Shown piece by piece: positions 1 to 12,639 of a stretch of DNA of 64,000 bases. Source of the stretch: Styela clava. Its lineage: Eukaryota. Under the pieces are notes generated by a model. It ran no database searches and had not been told where the DNA came from. It saw only the letters and a program-made list of their open reading frames with translations. Position numbers and translations under genes: made by a program. The DNA is taken from positions 21,446,199 to 21,510,198 of the forward strand of contig NC_135254.1 of the NCBI RefSeq assembly GCF_964204865.1. The letters run 5' to 3'. Numbering within the stretch: position 1 is the stretch's first letter; each line of letters starts with the position of its first letter.

Positions 1-46
1 CACACCACCATTTTTTGCAGAACAGTCAAACACAACACGAATTTTA

Positions 47-292
47 TCAGGTTTTTATTGGATGATACACACCCAAATGAGGAACATAAATCACTCTACC
101 ATTGCTCAAACTTACTTCATCATCAGGCACCCGTTCAGCATAATTCTCAATGATGTCCGACATAAATTTATAATAATCATTTTTGTACTTCTGATCTCGA
201 AGCATACGCTTCTTCAGCTGCCCAAGTCTTTTTTGAGCAAGAGGCAAATTATGTTTCTCATTTGGGTGTGTATCATCCAAAGAACACATCAA
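47..292 (-). mobile_element. Possible BEL/Pao-like retrotransposon pol fragment, truncated at the window edge
   Basis: ORF ending ...GRVIYVPHLGVYHPIKT resembles the conserved YxPHHxV-type motif of BEL/Pao polyproteins. There is no other support, and the ORF runs off the window start. Confidence 0.2.
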
Positions 293-462
293 TCGGACAC
301 GATTTTGATTTCAACAGCATTTGTCATTTCTTGGGTTAGGTGGCGAAAATGGGAACGAATATCACCGCTTTTCGCAAGCCAGAGAAAACGAATTTATTTA
401 TAGATCGCTTGTACACCAAACTTGATTAATTTCAAGCAATTAATAACCATATTGGTGGTTGG

Positions 463-3400
463 CAGTGGCGGCGCGTGGTCATTTTGACAACCGGGGAAAG
501 CTACTGCGGGACCAAGTCACCCCCATCTACGGGGACAGGATGAGCGCTGTGAGCTCTCCCATCATTTTGTGAGTATAAAAACCATTTCATCGGTAACAAC
601 CAATCGGCAAAAGCGACAATTTTTGATGATAAGAAAGTGTCTTTAAAACCGGTCCAAGTCAAGGGATTAATAAATATAGACATAGTTTATTTTGAAACCT
701 CTTTCAAAAGGAAAGGCAATATTTACCCAGATAAATACAATGACATATTAACAGAAACTTCGGGAAAGCAGACAAAACCTAAAATAAGGTTTAAAACGTT
801 ACTATGGAGAAAGGAAAGGTAATGCAAAGATAAGGACATGCGTCGCTCACTCATAGATATATATGCTGCTAGACTTCTACTGCTTGAACATATATGCAAC
901 ACGCCGCGGTTTCTTGGAAGCAAAATGCTCAATAACGCGCTGATTAAAGTCATGCATCCCAGAAATAACGTCTCTGTGAATGGATAAAACAGCCAAGCAA
1001 TTTAATCTAACTTGCTTCATTGTGTTTCTGAGATACGTTTTAATACGCTTCAGCGTGCTGAATGTTCGCTCTGCGTCGGCGGAAGAAATAGGCGTCGTCA
1101 AAATGATGTCCAGAAATTTTGCAGACGCCGCAAAAGTAGTTACTAGAGTGTTATCTATGAGGAACCCATAGAGCGCGCAAGTTGATGTGATGTTCAAAAA
1201 AGTTTGATTGGTGTATATACATCGCAATTCATTTTCTAATTTACCCACGTTTATCATGGGGTAAAATTTGGAGACAGTAGCCAACAAATAGATGGGAAAT
1301 TGACGTGCAAATTTTGAAAAATTTTTGGGGTTTATCAAAGGGAACGCGGCAAGGTGTTCAGTGCGCAGACGATCGCCTATTTGATTCACCAGAATATCAC
1401 AGCATTCCTTTGCAGACAAAATCAAACGCTGCGTTGTTTGCCCGCGGCGTAAAGCATAACTCTATGTGTCGTCGTATTTTATTGTTTCCCGGATACGAGA
1501 TACAGCATTGCAGAAGACTGAAATACACGACTGCACAGACGCTCCATCCATTAGCCTTGACTGCAATGCGCCGTTTAATACATCCACGTGATAGAATATT
1601 GTGGAGAAAAAATGAAAACTCACCATCTTCTAGCAGACGCTTTAGACCTGCCGCCTCCCTCACAGAGCGTTCGTCCCAAACCGGAGAGCTCTGAATGCCA
1701 TTGAAACACTCGATGAGCTCAGACCTAATTTCGGATACGCCCTGCACCACGCGTGATTGGAAGTTCCAACGTGTTGGTGCACAAGTTGGGAGACGGCGGC
1801 TACATATCTGGCGAAGGAGGTCAGAGCGCTTCGGCGAAACGGAAAAAAATGAAGAAAAGCCCGGAACATTAGCAAAAATATACGGACGAGAGGGGTATCA
1901 AGACACATATTTTTATTAACGAGGTTAAATTGGTGTGCATAACAATGTAAAAAATGCGCATGAGGAAAATCTTCTTTTATATAAACTTGAACACCATGTT
2001 TCGACCCACTCATGACTGCCGCGCTTTGAGCTATCAATTTTGACTTCGCGTTGTAAGGCTGTAACACTTCTTTCAGTACAGCCGATATCCCGCAAGCCGT
2101 GCGATCAACGATTGGTACAAAGCTGTGAAATCTCTCGGTAGGTTTACCATCTTTCACAAACCGAAAAATCACAGCCAATTGGGAAACGCACATGATGTCA
2201 GTTGTCTCGCCAGACTGAATCGAAAGGAACTGGCAATTCTCAAATTCCAGAGCCAAATGTTGAAATAAATTTTATACATTGAGTCGAGCAAATCATTTTG
2301 GATATCCTTAGATGTCCCTTTCGAAACAGTTGCGTCATCAAGATGATCTCTCAATACTGTATCTAGGGATGCGGTGTATTCCACCATATCCAAAAATACC
2401 CCTCTATTAGAAGAGCCAGCCCGTTCATCGTGCCCACGGAGGGACAGCTCGCGACAACCAATGAACTTCAAAACATCTATCAATCGACCGAGAACATGGC
2501 GGTTTTTCTCGACGTTTTGGTTGTGCCGACGAATAGAAACCGCGCGTCCTTCATCCAACTGTGCTGCAATATTAACATTTCCGAATATTCGGTATTTTAC
2601 TGCATTGTCCAGATGCTCCATAGAAGATTGATGATTCCTGGCACGCTCGGAAAGATGTTTAAGATCTCTAAAACCAAATTTACACAAACGTGAGTCACGG
2701 GCGGTAGCAAAAAGTATGCAATAAAAACAAAAAAGTGCATTTTTGTCCTCGCTGTAACACAACCATTCGTGTTTTTTATACCAAGTTTCTGCGCAGAATG
2801 TACGCCGACACTTTCCTCCGTCATGGGATTGTTCCAGTGAACAATTTTTTGGTTGATAAGGCCCAAGACGTTGTACCTCTAATTTTTGTTCCAGCGGCAG
2901 CTGCGAAAACGGAGTGCGAAGTAGTGCATCAACCTTATTCATTATGAGGTCTAAGGCTAAGAAATGCGAAGCCGGAAAGAAGTGAGGAGCTCAAAAGGAA
3001 TGTGGAAAGCAAATGGACTAAAGGTTCTAACTGATTCAACTAGCTAAACAAGCGACAAAAACGAAGGCGAGGAAACTATCAACGCTTCAAGCAACCAACG
3101 AACGAGAAGGAATGCGTGAATATGTCAACACGTTGTTGTAAGAAACGTCGGCATTGTGTCGTCATAATTTCGGGGCTAGCCCCGATGATTTAGTAAAAGA
3201 AACAGAAAACAAACGAGACAAACGCGGCGAGTGGAAGATAAAAGAGAGAATACGATATACAATGAGCAACCGGGGCAAAATCGGCGTCGCCCCGTCGACG
3301 TTCGGCGAAGGCTTTGCCAGCGAAAAATGAACCATGTCGGGAGAATATGGCTAGTGTAGACAGTCTGTGCAACCGATATTGAGGTATTTTTCGAATATTT

Positions 3401-3464
3401 TTTATTATACCGAAAAAACAACCGGGGCATTGCCCCGGTTGGCCCTATTGACGCGCCGCCACTT
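463..3464 (-). mobile_element. hAT-superfamily DNA transposon, about 3.0 kb, complete with TIRs and a perfect 8-bp TSD
   Basis: Left TIR CAGTGGCGGCGCG at 463; right end CGCGCCGCCACTT at 3452-3464 (12/13 inverted match). It is flanked by the identical 8-bp direct repeat GTGGTTGG (455-462 and 3465-3472). Subterminal palindromes at 3170 and 3421. The internal ORFs encode a hAT/ZMYM1-like transposase. Confidence 0.8.
877..2942 (-). pseudogene. ZMYM1-like (TTF-type zinc finger + DUF4371 + hAT C-terminal dimerisation) transposase, interrupted by at least two frameshifts
   Basis: Three consecutive minus-strand ORFs: 2169-2942 (N-terminus with the CFYCILFATARDSRLCKFGFRDLKHLSERARNHQSSMEHL TTF-type finger), 1660-2256 and 1397-1750 (middle), and 877-1425 (C-terminus with the canonical hAT dimerisation motif ISSADAERTFSTLKRIKTYLRNTMKQVRLNCLAVLSIHRD). 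The segments are in different frames, so the CDS is broken. Confidence 0.75.
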
Positions 3465-4612
3465 GTGGTTGGTACTCCAGGTGATGATGTCGTTCTTGAG
3501 TAAAAGTTTACTTAAATAGCAGAACATTGCTTAAATTTGGCGTATCGCGAATCGCTCTAATTTAATTCATTCCGAGGTTTATATACTGTGCTCAATATTG
3601 TGCTGTGAACTGTCAATGTATTTTAAAGTTGCAAAGTCTAATATACCAAGTAAAATTAAAAAAAAAATCCTTAAAGCAACAACGCGCACATTATATACGA
3701 GTCACAAGCTGACAAATAGAACTGACGACAAACTGATCTTGATTCGAGGTGCGGTAAAGTACGAGTCTCACGAAGTAATCGCGTGTTTAAAATAATACGA
3801 ATGTGCCACTGGTTTTGGGAAAATCGATAATTCACAACGAACGGGACCGCAGTTTGTGATCATTCAACGCCGTCGCTCCAGTCATGTGACCAAACAACAT
3901 GCTGTTATAGATGAACGATGTTCGTAGATGTAGACCATGCATCATATAGATGTATTGAAAAATAGTAATAGCCTAGTAATTATAGATGTTCTTTAGTGAG
4001 GTGAATATGGTAAAAAATCAAATAACGCTCCCAACATAGCATCACTGCGACAGATCTGCGGAGCTCCATATCATGTTGATCAAACGATATTTCCAGGTAT
4101 CTATGGACCTTTCCCCGAGCATCGACTTCCTTGTTTACTCCGTGATATTGGCCAATCAACAAGATGCAAAAGTGACGTAACAATGCTCCCTTTTCGCAAT
4201 CGCTCAGACACTTTTCTCACTCAGACAGATTTTCAAGCGTGGTCGTAAACAGTACCTCCTCGTTTTCGCGTTTTAGAACTCTATTCGTTAGTTTTTGGTT
4301 GTGTTTCGGAAACTTAAATGTAAATCAGATAATTCAATGATCACTATGTCTTCCTAGGAGTTTTTATTAAATTGCAGTAGTAAAAATTAGTGTAGAAATA
4401 GCTGTGATAGACTAGGCTAAAATTCTTTACCGGTACTTTTGGAAAAGCAGATTGTGGTATGTGATGAATCATAATGATGGTTTGAAACACATAATTATTT
4501 CACAGGCGCTAAATCGCAAAAGCACTTTTAAAATAGCCACGAAAATTTTGCAATGGTAAAGTATAGGAAGTATTTTTCGGGGATCAAAGGTCGGGGAAAG
4601 GTCCATTACCTT

Positions 4613-6466
4613 GTACCAGGCTTGCAAATCTACGCGAGTACGCGAGTCATACTCTAGTCTAGACTCGCGTATTTTGCCCTACCCGAGTCTAGCTATTACT
4701 CCCGTAAAAAACGTCATTACTCGCGTCCAGCAGTACACGAGAGTCCGAGGCGATTTTTTCCGCCGCCTCTCGCTCTTTATTCTTTAGTGACGTAAAATCG
4801 TTTGCGGGCGATGGTTTATGATGTCACAATAGTACATTAGAGCGAAAAGCGAGGAATCAAGCACGGGCACGCCTCCGGACGACTTGGCGTTGGCGAATGC
4901 AGAATGTTCCCTTGTAATAAGGCAGACTGCGAATGCGTATTATGAATTTAATAGAAGTGTTGCAGACTAACAAAGATGAGATGTCGGTAAGATTAGGGCT
5001 AGTGTAATTAATTAGTTATATTAACGGCTGTTTTGTTGTAAATTACCGGTAAAAGGGTATCTTTGCGTAACATCGTTTTTTTTTTGTTTAAAAATACCAC
5101 AGGAGATATTATAAATTGTATGATTAGAGTAAATGGAGGAAAAATCAAGGTCCGTCTCTGTAGCGGCCTGGAGGTTTTGGCCAAACAGATTAAAGGACAG
5201 TTTTACGTTCGGTTTCAACGAAGATAATATCAAAGTCGTACATGCAGCATGCATTGTATGCAAAAAACATTGTGACAGAATACAGCGCGGCTATGGAGGC
5301 AAAGTTGTTAATGATGTGACGACTTGCGGGGAGAATGGCACCAACTGGGATCTAAGATATAATTTAGAACGACACCTCAATTCCGAGGGCCACTTAAAGT
5401 GTGTCGAAATTGAGAATGGGAAGCTCCCGACGCAAACAAGTATCGCTCGCTTATGGGGCTGCCAAAAACAGAGGGCGGAGAACGCCATAAAACCTCTTGT
5501 TCGTACTGCACTGTATGTCTCTAGGAAGGAACAGTTTGAAGACGGGGCCATTCGAGAAAATCTGGTCAACAAGGCTTCCGCCCGATTTATGGGAAGCGAT
5601 GGGACGTCTGAACGAGGTCTCGTGAAACGACGTATAAATTCAATTTTAGGGGGGTTGGAAACAGCAAAGCCCAGCTTGGTACAGCCTCAACTAATAAACA
5701 TCGACGATAGCTCGTCGGAAGAAGACTAAAACTGTGATATGTGAACCTGAAAGCGTCTCACGCATTTCTTTGTTCGTGACACAATTTCTAACCTTTCTTT
5801 TTATACATTTTAAATGATGCGAAGTCGACGGGCGGCGGGCGATTAGCGTTTAATATTCAATTTCGTTCTTTCTGTGCGATGTTTACTTTGCATGAACTCA
5901 TCTGCTACATGCGAACTTATTTTATAGATTTCAGTTTGTACGGCAAATGTCAGACTGCATGAATGGTTTTGTTTATTAAAAAAAAAAAAGCAGGCGATGG
6001 CAACGGCGACTGCCGTTTATTAAAGTTCCTCCCTTTATTGTGCAAAACTTGAGGTATTATTTTCTTTGTAGGGTAACATGTTGAGAGTTATTCACAGTCC
6101 ACAGTTTGCAGCAAAACCTGCAAAATGGTTGACCCCGATTTATAATTAGGTCATTTACGTCGTGCGGGGAAAACGGCGTCGCAGAGCACGCAGCTATCTT
6201 GATTAGTATTTAATGAGACGCTCGCAAGTAGCAATATCGCAGAACGAGGGTACCGACGGAGTAGTGTTTATCGAGCGAAAGTAGGTGTGTAGATAGTGTG
6301 TGCGTAGATATATTTAGACACATTGACTCGCGCCTGACTCGCATAGCATTTTCCTGGGACGGGAGTATATGTGACGTCACTATGACGTCATTGAATCTTT
6401 CGAATTCCGTTAGGAGGTCGACGAGAGTATGCCTAGACTCTCGTTTTCGGGCGCGGATTTGCAAGC
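4613..6466 (+). mobile_element. Roughly 1.85 kb TIR element carrying a single BED-zinc-finger ORF (non-autonomous hAT-like derivative?)
   Basis: Termini CAGGCTTGCAAATC (4613-4626) and GATTTGCAAGCCTG (6453-6466) are perfect 14-bp inverted repeats, followed by diverged but related subterminal sequence (CATACTCT, CTAGACTC motifs). Flanking TTGTAC on both sides (4607-4612 and 6467-6472) is a possible short TSD. Confidence 0.6.
5133..5729 (+). CDS. 198-aa BED-type zinc-finger protein with an acidic C-terminal tail and no transposase catalytic domain
   Basis: Intact ORF. Residues ~10-95 fit the BED finger signature (WRFW...F, then CIVCKKHC, then NLERHLNSEGHLKC: aromatic W/F, Cx2C, then H-x-x-x-x-H/C). 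The C-terminus is DDSSSEED. The ORF lies wholly inside the 4613-6466 TIR element. Confidence 0.6.
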   Translation: MEEKSRSVSVAAWRFWPNRLKDSFTFGFNEDNIKVVHAACIVCKKHCDRIQRGYGGKVVNDVTTCGENGTNWDLRYNLERHLNSEGHLKCVEIENGKLPTQTSIARLWGCQKQRAENAIKPLVRTALYVSRKEQFEDGAIRENLVNKASARFMGSDGTSERGLVKRRINSILGGLETAKPSLVQPQLINIDDSSSEED

Positions 6467-6552
6467 CTGTTGTACTGTAATTATCAAAATGGGTTTAGCG
6501 CTATGAACAGCGAGAGTAAAATTATCTAAATGCAGCAATTTCATGCCATATA

Positions 6553-7096
6553 GCAGGGGTCGGGAACCTTTTTGGTCAAGAGAGCCATAAAATATACATA
6601 TTTTCAATTGCATTTCCGTGCGAGCCATATAACATTTCTTCACTTAATCAGGCCTGAAATGTTTCCTCAAAAGTCAACACATACAATGTCAATATACATT
6701 TAATGAGATTTCTGATGCTGCATGTAGTCGCTGCGGGCCTTGAACGGTTGCTCACTTGCAGCCCAAGTTGAAATCTACGGTACTCATCACCCTTTTTCGT
6801 TTAGGCATCTCCGTAGTGTTTTTTAAACTCTATCGCTTTGTGATGTCACAATATATGTTCCAGAATCCCCTTGTTTGTCACAATGCCTGTCTGGGATTAT
6901 CTTACATATCATAGACATGTGCTGGGCGCGCGTTCTCAAACGTATTGGGAATTTTCTGCCAAAATTGGCTATAAAAGTGTTTGAAATTTCGTAACAATAG
7001 TAAGCTTAGTCTTAGAATATTAGATTTTTCTGGGAGCCATATGCCGTCACCAAAAGAGCCATATATGGCTCGCGAGCCATGGGTTCCCGACCCCTG
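6553..7096. mobile_element. hAT-type MITE, about 545 bp
   Basis: TIR CAGGGGTCGGGAACC at 6553; its inverse GGTTCCCGACCCCTG ends at 7096. Same TIR family as the MITEs at 33893, 50228 and 50831. Confidence 0.6.
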
Positions 7097-7530
7097 TGGC
7101 ATGGGGCTCGGCATGCAAATCCCATCTCAAAACAATATCTGTTCTTCAAAACCGTGCCCTGAGATTGATGACTGGTGCTCGTTCTAGACAGAGTTTGGGA
7201 CCAATTTATAAAAAAATGAACATCCTTAAACTTGAGGATGTGTATAAACTTGAAGTGGCGAAAGTCATGTTCCAGTTCAAATTCGGTATGCTGCCCATTG
7301 CTTTTAACAATTATTTTACCAGTTGCAGCAATGTCCATAGTTATAACACCCGTTCAGCTGGCAGAGGCTCTTATTTTGTTAGAAGGACAAACTCCACCCT
7401 GGTGCAAAAATCTATAAAAATTGCTGGCCCAAACATATGGAATAACATTCCAAATTTGATCAAAGAATCTTCGTATAATAGTTTTAAGAGTAAATTCATG
7501 AGGCATCTCATTGATAAGTACTGAAGGTAT
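7096..7530 (+). mobile_element. 3' tail of a non-LTR (CR1/L2- or RTE-like) retrotransposon ORF2, followed by its satellite tail
   Basis: The 142-aa ORF ...ILKLEDVYKLEVAKVMFQFKFGMLPIAFNNYF...HSYNTRS...YFVRRTNSTLVQKSIKIAGPNIWNNIPNLIKESSYNSFKSKFMRHLIDKY has the character of a LINE ORF2 C-terminal region. A homologous degenerate copy lies at 14280-14560. Confidence 0.45.
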
Positions 7531-7559
7531 GATTTTGTCCAAACTTCATGATACCTTCT

Positions 7560-9400
7560 GTATCCTAGCATATATAAATTACTATTATGTTTTTTATGTT
7601 TATCCATATTTATATATTGAGTACTATTTGTGTATCTGCAATAACTGCCATCTAATTTTGAGGCAAACCCTTGCTGATTTAAATAATAGTTTATTCTCCA
7701 TATTTATATAATGAGTACTATTTCTGTATTTGCAAAAATTGCCATCTAATTTTGAGGCAAACCAAACCCTTGGTGACTCAAATATTAATTTATTTATCCA
7801 TATTTATATATCGAATACTTTTGTGTATTTGCAATTACTATCATCCAATTTTGGGCAAACCCTCATTTACTCATATTTATATATTGAGTACTATTTGTGT
7901 ATCTGCAATAACTGCCATCTAATTTTGAGGCAAACCCTTGCTGATTTAAATAATAGTTTATTCTCCATATTTATATAATGAGTACTATTTCTGTATTTGC
8001 AAAAATTGCCATCTAATTTTGAGGCAAACCAAACCCTTGGTGACTCAAATATTAATTTATTTATCCATATTTATATATCGAATACTTTTGTGTATTTGCA
8101 ATTACTATCATCCAATTTTGGGCAAACCCTCATTTACTCATATTTATATATTGAGTACTATTTGTGTATTTGCTAAAATTGCCATCTAATTTTGAGGCAA
8201 ACCCTTGCTGATTCAAATAATAGTTTATTCATCCATAGGCTATTTATATTATGAGCACCATTGGTGCCCTTGCAATCTAATCTAAACTGCCATCTAATTT
8301 TGAGCCTAACCCTTGCTGATTTAAATAATAGTTTATTTTTCCACATTTATATATTGAGTACTATTTGTGTATCTGCAATAACTGCCATCTAATTTTGAGC
8401 CTAACCCTTGCTGATTCAAATAATAGTTTATTTCTTCATATTTATATATTAAGTACTATTTGTGTATCTGCAATAACTGCCATCTAATTTTGAAGCTAAC
8501 CCTTGCTGATTCAAATAATAGTTTATTTATCCTATTTATATTTTGAGTACTGTTTTATGTATTCGCCAAAACTGCCATTTAATTTTGAGGCAAATCCTTG
8601 CTGATTCAAATTATAGTATATTTCTCCGTACTTATATACTGAATACTATTTGCGTATTTGCAATAACTGCCATCTAATATTGGGTCAAACCCTTGCTGAT
8701 TCAAATTATAGTTCATTTATCCATATTTATATATTGAATACTATTTGTGTATTCGCAATGACTGCCATCTAATTTTGGGGCTAACGCTTGCTAAGTCAAA
8801 TAATAGTCTATTTATCCATGTTTATATATTGAATCCTATTTGTGGATTCGCAATAACTGCCATCTAATATTGGGGCAAACCCTTGCTGATTCAAATTATA
8901 GTTCATTTATCCATATTTATATATTGAATACTATTTGTGTATTCGCAATGACTGCCATCTAATTTTGGGGCTAACGCTTGCTGAGTCAAATAATAGTTTA
9001 TTTATCCATATTTATATATTTAATACTTTTTGTGTATTCGCAATAACTGCCATCTAATTTTGGGGCAAACTCTTGCTAAGTCAAATAATAGTTTATTTAT
9101 CCATATTTATATATTGAATACTATTTGTGTATTCGTAATAACTGCCATCTAATTTTGGGGTAAACCCTTGCTAAGTCAAATAATAGTTTATTTATTCATA
9201 TTTATATATTGAATACTATTTGTGTATCTGCAATAACTGCCATCTAATTTTGAGGCAAACCCTTGCTGATTCAAATAATAGTTTATTTATTCATATTTAT
9301 ATTATGAGAACCATTGGTGTATTTGCAATAACTGCCATCTAATTTTGAGGCTGAACCCTTGCCATATTCTTTATATTGAGGTCTATTTTGTGCATTTGAG
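7560..9400. repeat. Tandem satellite, roughly 95-bp unit, about 19 copies, with higher-order (~270 bp) variant structure at the 5' end
   Basis: CTGCCATCTAATTTTGAGGCAAACCCTTGCTGATTCAAATAATAGTTTATTTATCCATATTTATATATTGAGTACTATTTGTGTATTTGCAATAA recurs with period about 95 (8287, 8382 and 8477). The first about 700 bp alternate three sub-variants. The array starts immediately after the LINE tail at 7096-7530. Confidence 0.85.
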
Positions 9401-10957
9401 AGGCTGACCCTCTCTATTTCAAATAATGTTTATTTATCCAAATTTCCACTCGATATTGAGATTACCAAAATTGTTTCACATTTTGGGTATATAATAGTTT
9501 ATAAATTGGTACTTATATATGTATTTGTGGGTATTAGTCACCCATCTGGCTAAATTCTTTCTTGTTATAAGGCTGATTCCACTCTTTATACAATTGTTTC
9601 CCAATATTATATTCACATGACTATGAGTACCATTTTGTTTATCTCCAGAAACTTATTTTTATATGTGAGGCTTACCGCTTACTCACTCAAACAATTGTTA
9701 TGTGTCCAACATTACATTTGAGTGTAGTAGTCCAATAGCCAAATTTGTTTTTTATTCATGGGACTTAGACCTCGCTTTCAAATAATAGTCTGTGTAATAG
9801 TTGATTATTCGTTCAAACTGTTTCATTTCTCAAAGACAAATCTTATCTTTTAAAAATTTACTTTGCTAAAATAATTATATTTTTTTTGTTCAATTTGTAT
9901 AACGCGCCTCAGCCCTTCTCTTATTTTCTCATTTTGTTTTTAATCATCACATGTCGATGGCTATTGAAATTTGTAGCCCAATTGCAGGCAATTTAGGTAA
10001 ATTAGATAACAACATCACATGTAATATCAAAACTATAAATAGCATCCCGATCCCGCTTACATATATTTTCCAAATATGTATCCATGACGAATGCTTGTAA
10101 TATCCTTACCTGACCCCTTCATAAATTATTCTCCCAGTCCAAAATGAATGCAATATTTCTTCAAATGAAAAATAGTAATGGGCTTCTTAGTTGCATCATA
10201 CCACATTTATTTTGTTTTTTATAACTTTTCTGTATTACCATGTTTATTCAAATTGTTTGTTTGTATATATAGATGTTAACACGAACAATTGCTTAGTCCA
10301 TTTTTTTGTTTTGTTCGTTTTTTTTTTTTTTTTTTTCAAATTTTGTTTCATGAATTTTAACCACTTCAAATAGTCATATTTTACTGTGAACTTATCAGCG
10401 TAAACTTGGAGGGAGCTGACTCCGATGACCGCATGGTCGTATCGCTCCTTCCAGTCTATACCGAAAAAAGTGTATTTTTTGTTACCATTATTTATTGTTA
10501 TGACTGTTGTTTTTTTTCTGGTTGACGAAAATAAATCTCTCTCTCTCTCTCTCTCCCTGCCATATAGCCTAGGGAAAGTTGACCCTACTCTTCGTATCTT
10601 TACTCCAGTTCTATTAAAACGTACTTTAGCGGAGTAAACCTCAATCTGAACCTATTTTTATAGGTCAGTAAGCACACAATAGATTGTAATGCCAAATATT
10701 CGCATATTGCACAATGCCAAATAATGTAAGTTGCAATGTAAGTGGAAATTAAATATGTCATCAACTTTTTCGCTTAAAACGTTGCGTGAAAATATATATA
10801 TTAAAAGAAAATGAAATCGACCTTGTTTGAGACAAATAACACACACAATTACGAATAAGGGGTTAAAAGCATTGAAATACACAGTACCATCCTTTTGTAC
10901 TCGCTACATCGTCATTACACAAAATGGTAGAAAGAATTGCTATTTTTCAATTATTAC

Positions 10958-11345
10958 TTATCGATTTTAATCGGTAAGTATGTTGATAGGTATTTGTCTG
11001 TATGTTTGTCTGTTAGATTCACGCGATATCTCACGAAAGCGAGATTGAATCTGCTCCAGATTTTGCATGTGCATTAATCTTATCTCGAACCAGAAGCCTA
11101 TTGATTTTGGGCGAATTATGTCGTATAATTAGCGAGTTATCAATCAATTATTGATATAGTGATCTAGATTTTTGTAAAGTGAGAGAATTTTGAGACCCGC
11201 CGAGTGCGTGTGTGTGCGATGCGCAGTGTGCAAGTTACAAGAGCGGATGAATCGAAACTGCAGTTTCTGTTTCGGGGGATCCCCTAACTATCGATCGATA
11301 AGTCTTCGGTTTCCAACCGATATTCTCGTTTTCAGGGACAAGACT
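10958..11345 (+). repeat. Dispersed repeat (SINE/MITE-like), copy A
   Basis: About 90% identical over about 380 bp to the reverse complement of 29275-29760. It contains a degenerate (GTCT)n tract and palindromic CTTATCGAT...ATCGATCGATAAG ends. Confidence 0.7.
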
Positions 11346-12639
11346 CCAGATGCTAGGAGAATTTTTACCTCATTTTCTGAACTTACTCTTATAATACATT
11401 GTTTGTCCTTTTCTGTCCAATGCTTTTTATTAAATAACTTGTTCCGTGTATAATCTCTGTTTTTTAATTAGACTTTAGCCCAATCAATCAACGATTCATG
11501 TTCAGTAAAGTTTTCATCATTGTTAGTTTTCGAAACAAGACAGGTAAATGATGCAATAAAGTTTATGAATGTAGTGCTTCTGCTTCAAACAACTTCATTG
11601 CTATGGTTCTTAACAAGAACAATATGATTTAACTTATCTATACTACTTATCACATTTTTAGAGACTAGTTATCACATTCTCACCGAAATTTGCATCAGCG
11701 AAGTACATGTCATGATTTATTTAGAGTAGACAGAGATACTCTCGTATAGACGCATAATATTTACAATTCAAAAAGTGTTCAGGTAGTTGCTACTGTGCTA
11801 CATGATCAATCGATTTGCTGGAGCCGCTTGCAACGGTAAAGTTGAGATATTAGCTGAAAATTCAGGTTCACTGTTACATTTTAGGAGATTCGTGTTTACA
11901 TTACTAAATATGCAATATTATAATTTTGATCCGCTTAAGTTATGTCAATTCGAAATTTAAAATCGTTTGGTGTTATTCATGCCGGAGGCTTGAATTTGTG
12001 CACCACACTTTGGTATGCTATTTTACGTGTTTGTTCCGCACTGCTAGCTTTACTCATCACTTTTCTTATCGCTGTGTATGACTTTTCAGCAGTTCATTCA
12101 ACCTCGCATAACATATGAGTAATGTGAATAGCAATATAGTTAAGACAGAGGATAAGCACAGAATTTAGGTTTGTCCAAACATAAATTTGTGATTTAAAAT
12201 TTGGTTCGATTAACAAATGAATTTTGTGTATTTGGAGTGACATCGTGTAGATATTTCATACTGAGCAAAAAAATTTTGTGTCACGTACTTCAGAGTTAAA
12301 TATCGCATGCTATAGACGTTGTGAAGACAGATTATTACCTATTCAATACGAAAAACCTCTTTTCTTGCGTCAGGAGTTTCAAATATTCTTGCCGAAACAG
12401 TGGTCGAGATATATTGTTTGAAAACATGTTTTCAAGAAAACTGGTACGAATTTAATAAATATTCTAGCCAAGATGTTTTCGACGTTGGGAGAAACGTTTG
12501 TTTCTCAATATGTGTCATCATAATGAATCCTCGCGATGCGCACTTTTGCAATGGCCGAGTCGCCAGTATGAGTTTTGCCTTCACTAACGTGTGAAATGAA
12601 ATACCTACTGAATCCTATAGTGGTGGTAACATAAAAGTC

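Noticed and set aside
62-403. 113-aa plus-strand ORF at the window start
   Set aside because: It overlaps and is antisense to the putative BEL/Pao fragment, with a low-complexity translation.
1305-2693. Several plus-strand ORFs (1305-1694, 2374-2631, 2430-2693)
   Set aside because: They are antisense to the hAT transposase segments and have no domain signature.
7096-7524. 142-aa ORF considered as a host gene
   Set aside because: The sequence matches the generic C-terminal tail of LINE ORF2 proteins, has a second degenerate copy at 14280-14560, and is followed by a satellite tail.
7560-9400. Regular tandem array considered as a CRISPR-like repeat-spacer structure
   Set aside because: Units are contiguous about 95-bp satellite monomers with no unique spacers. 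The context is eukaryotic, with a LINE tail upstream.
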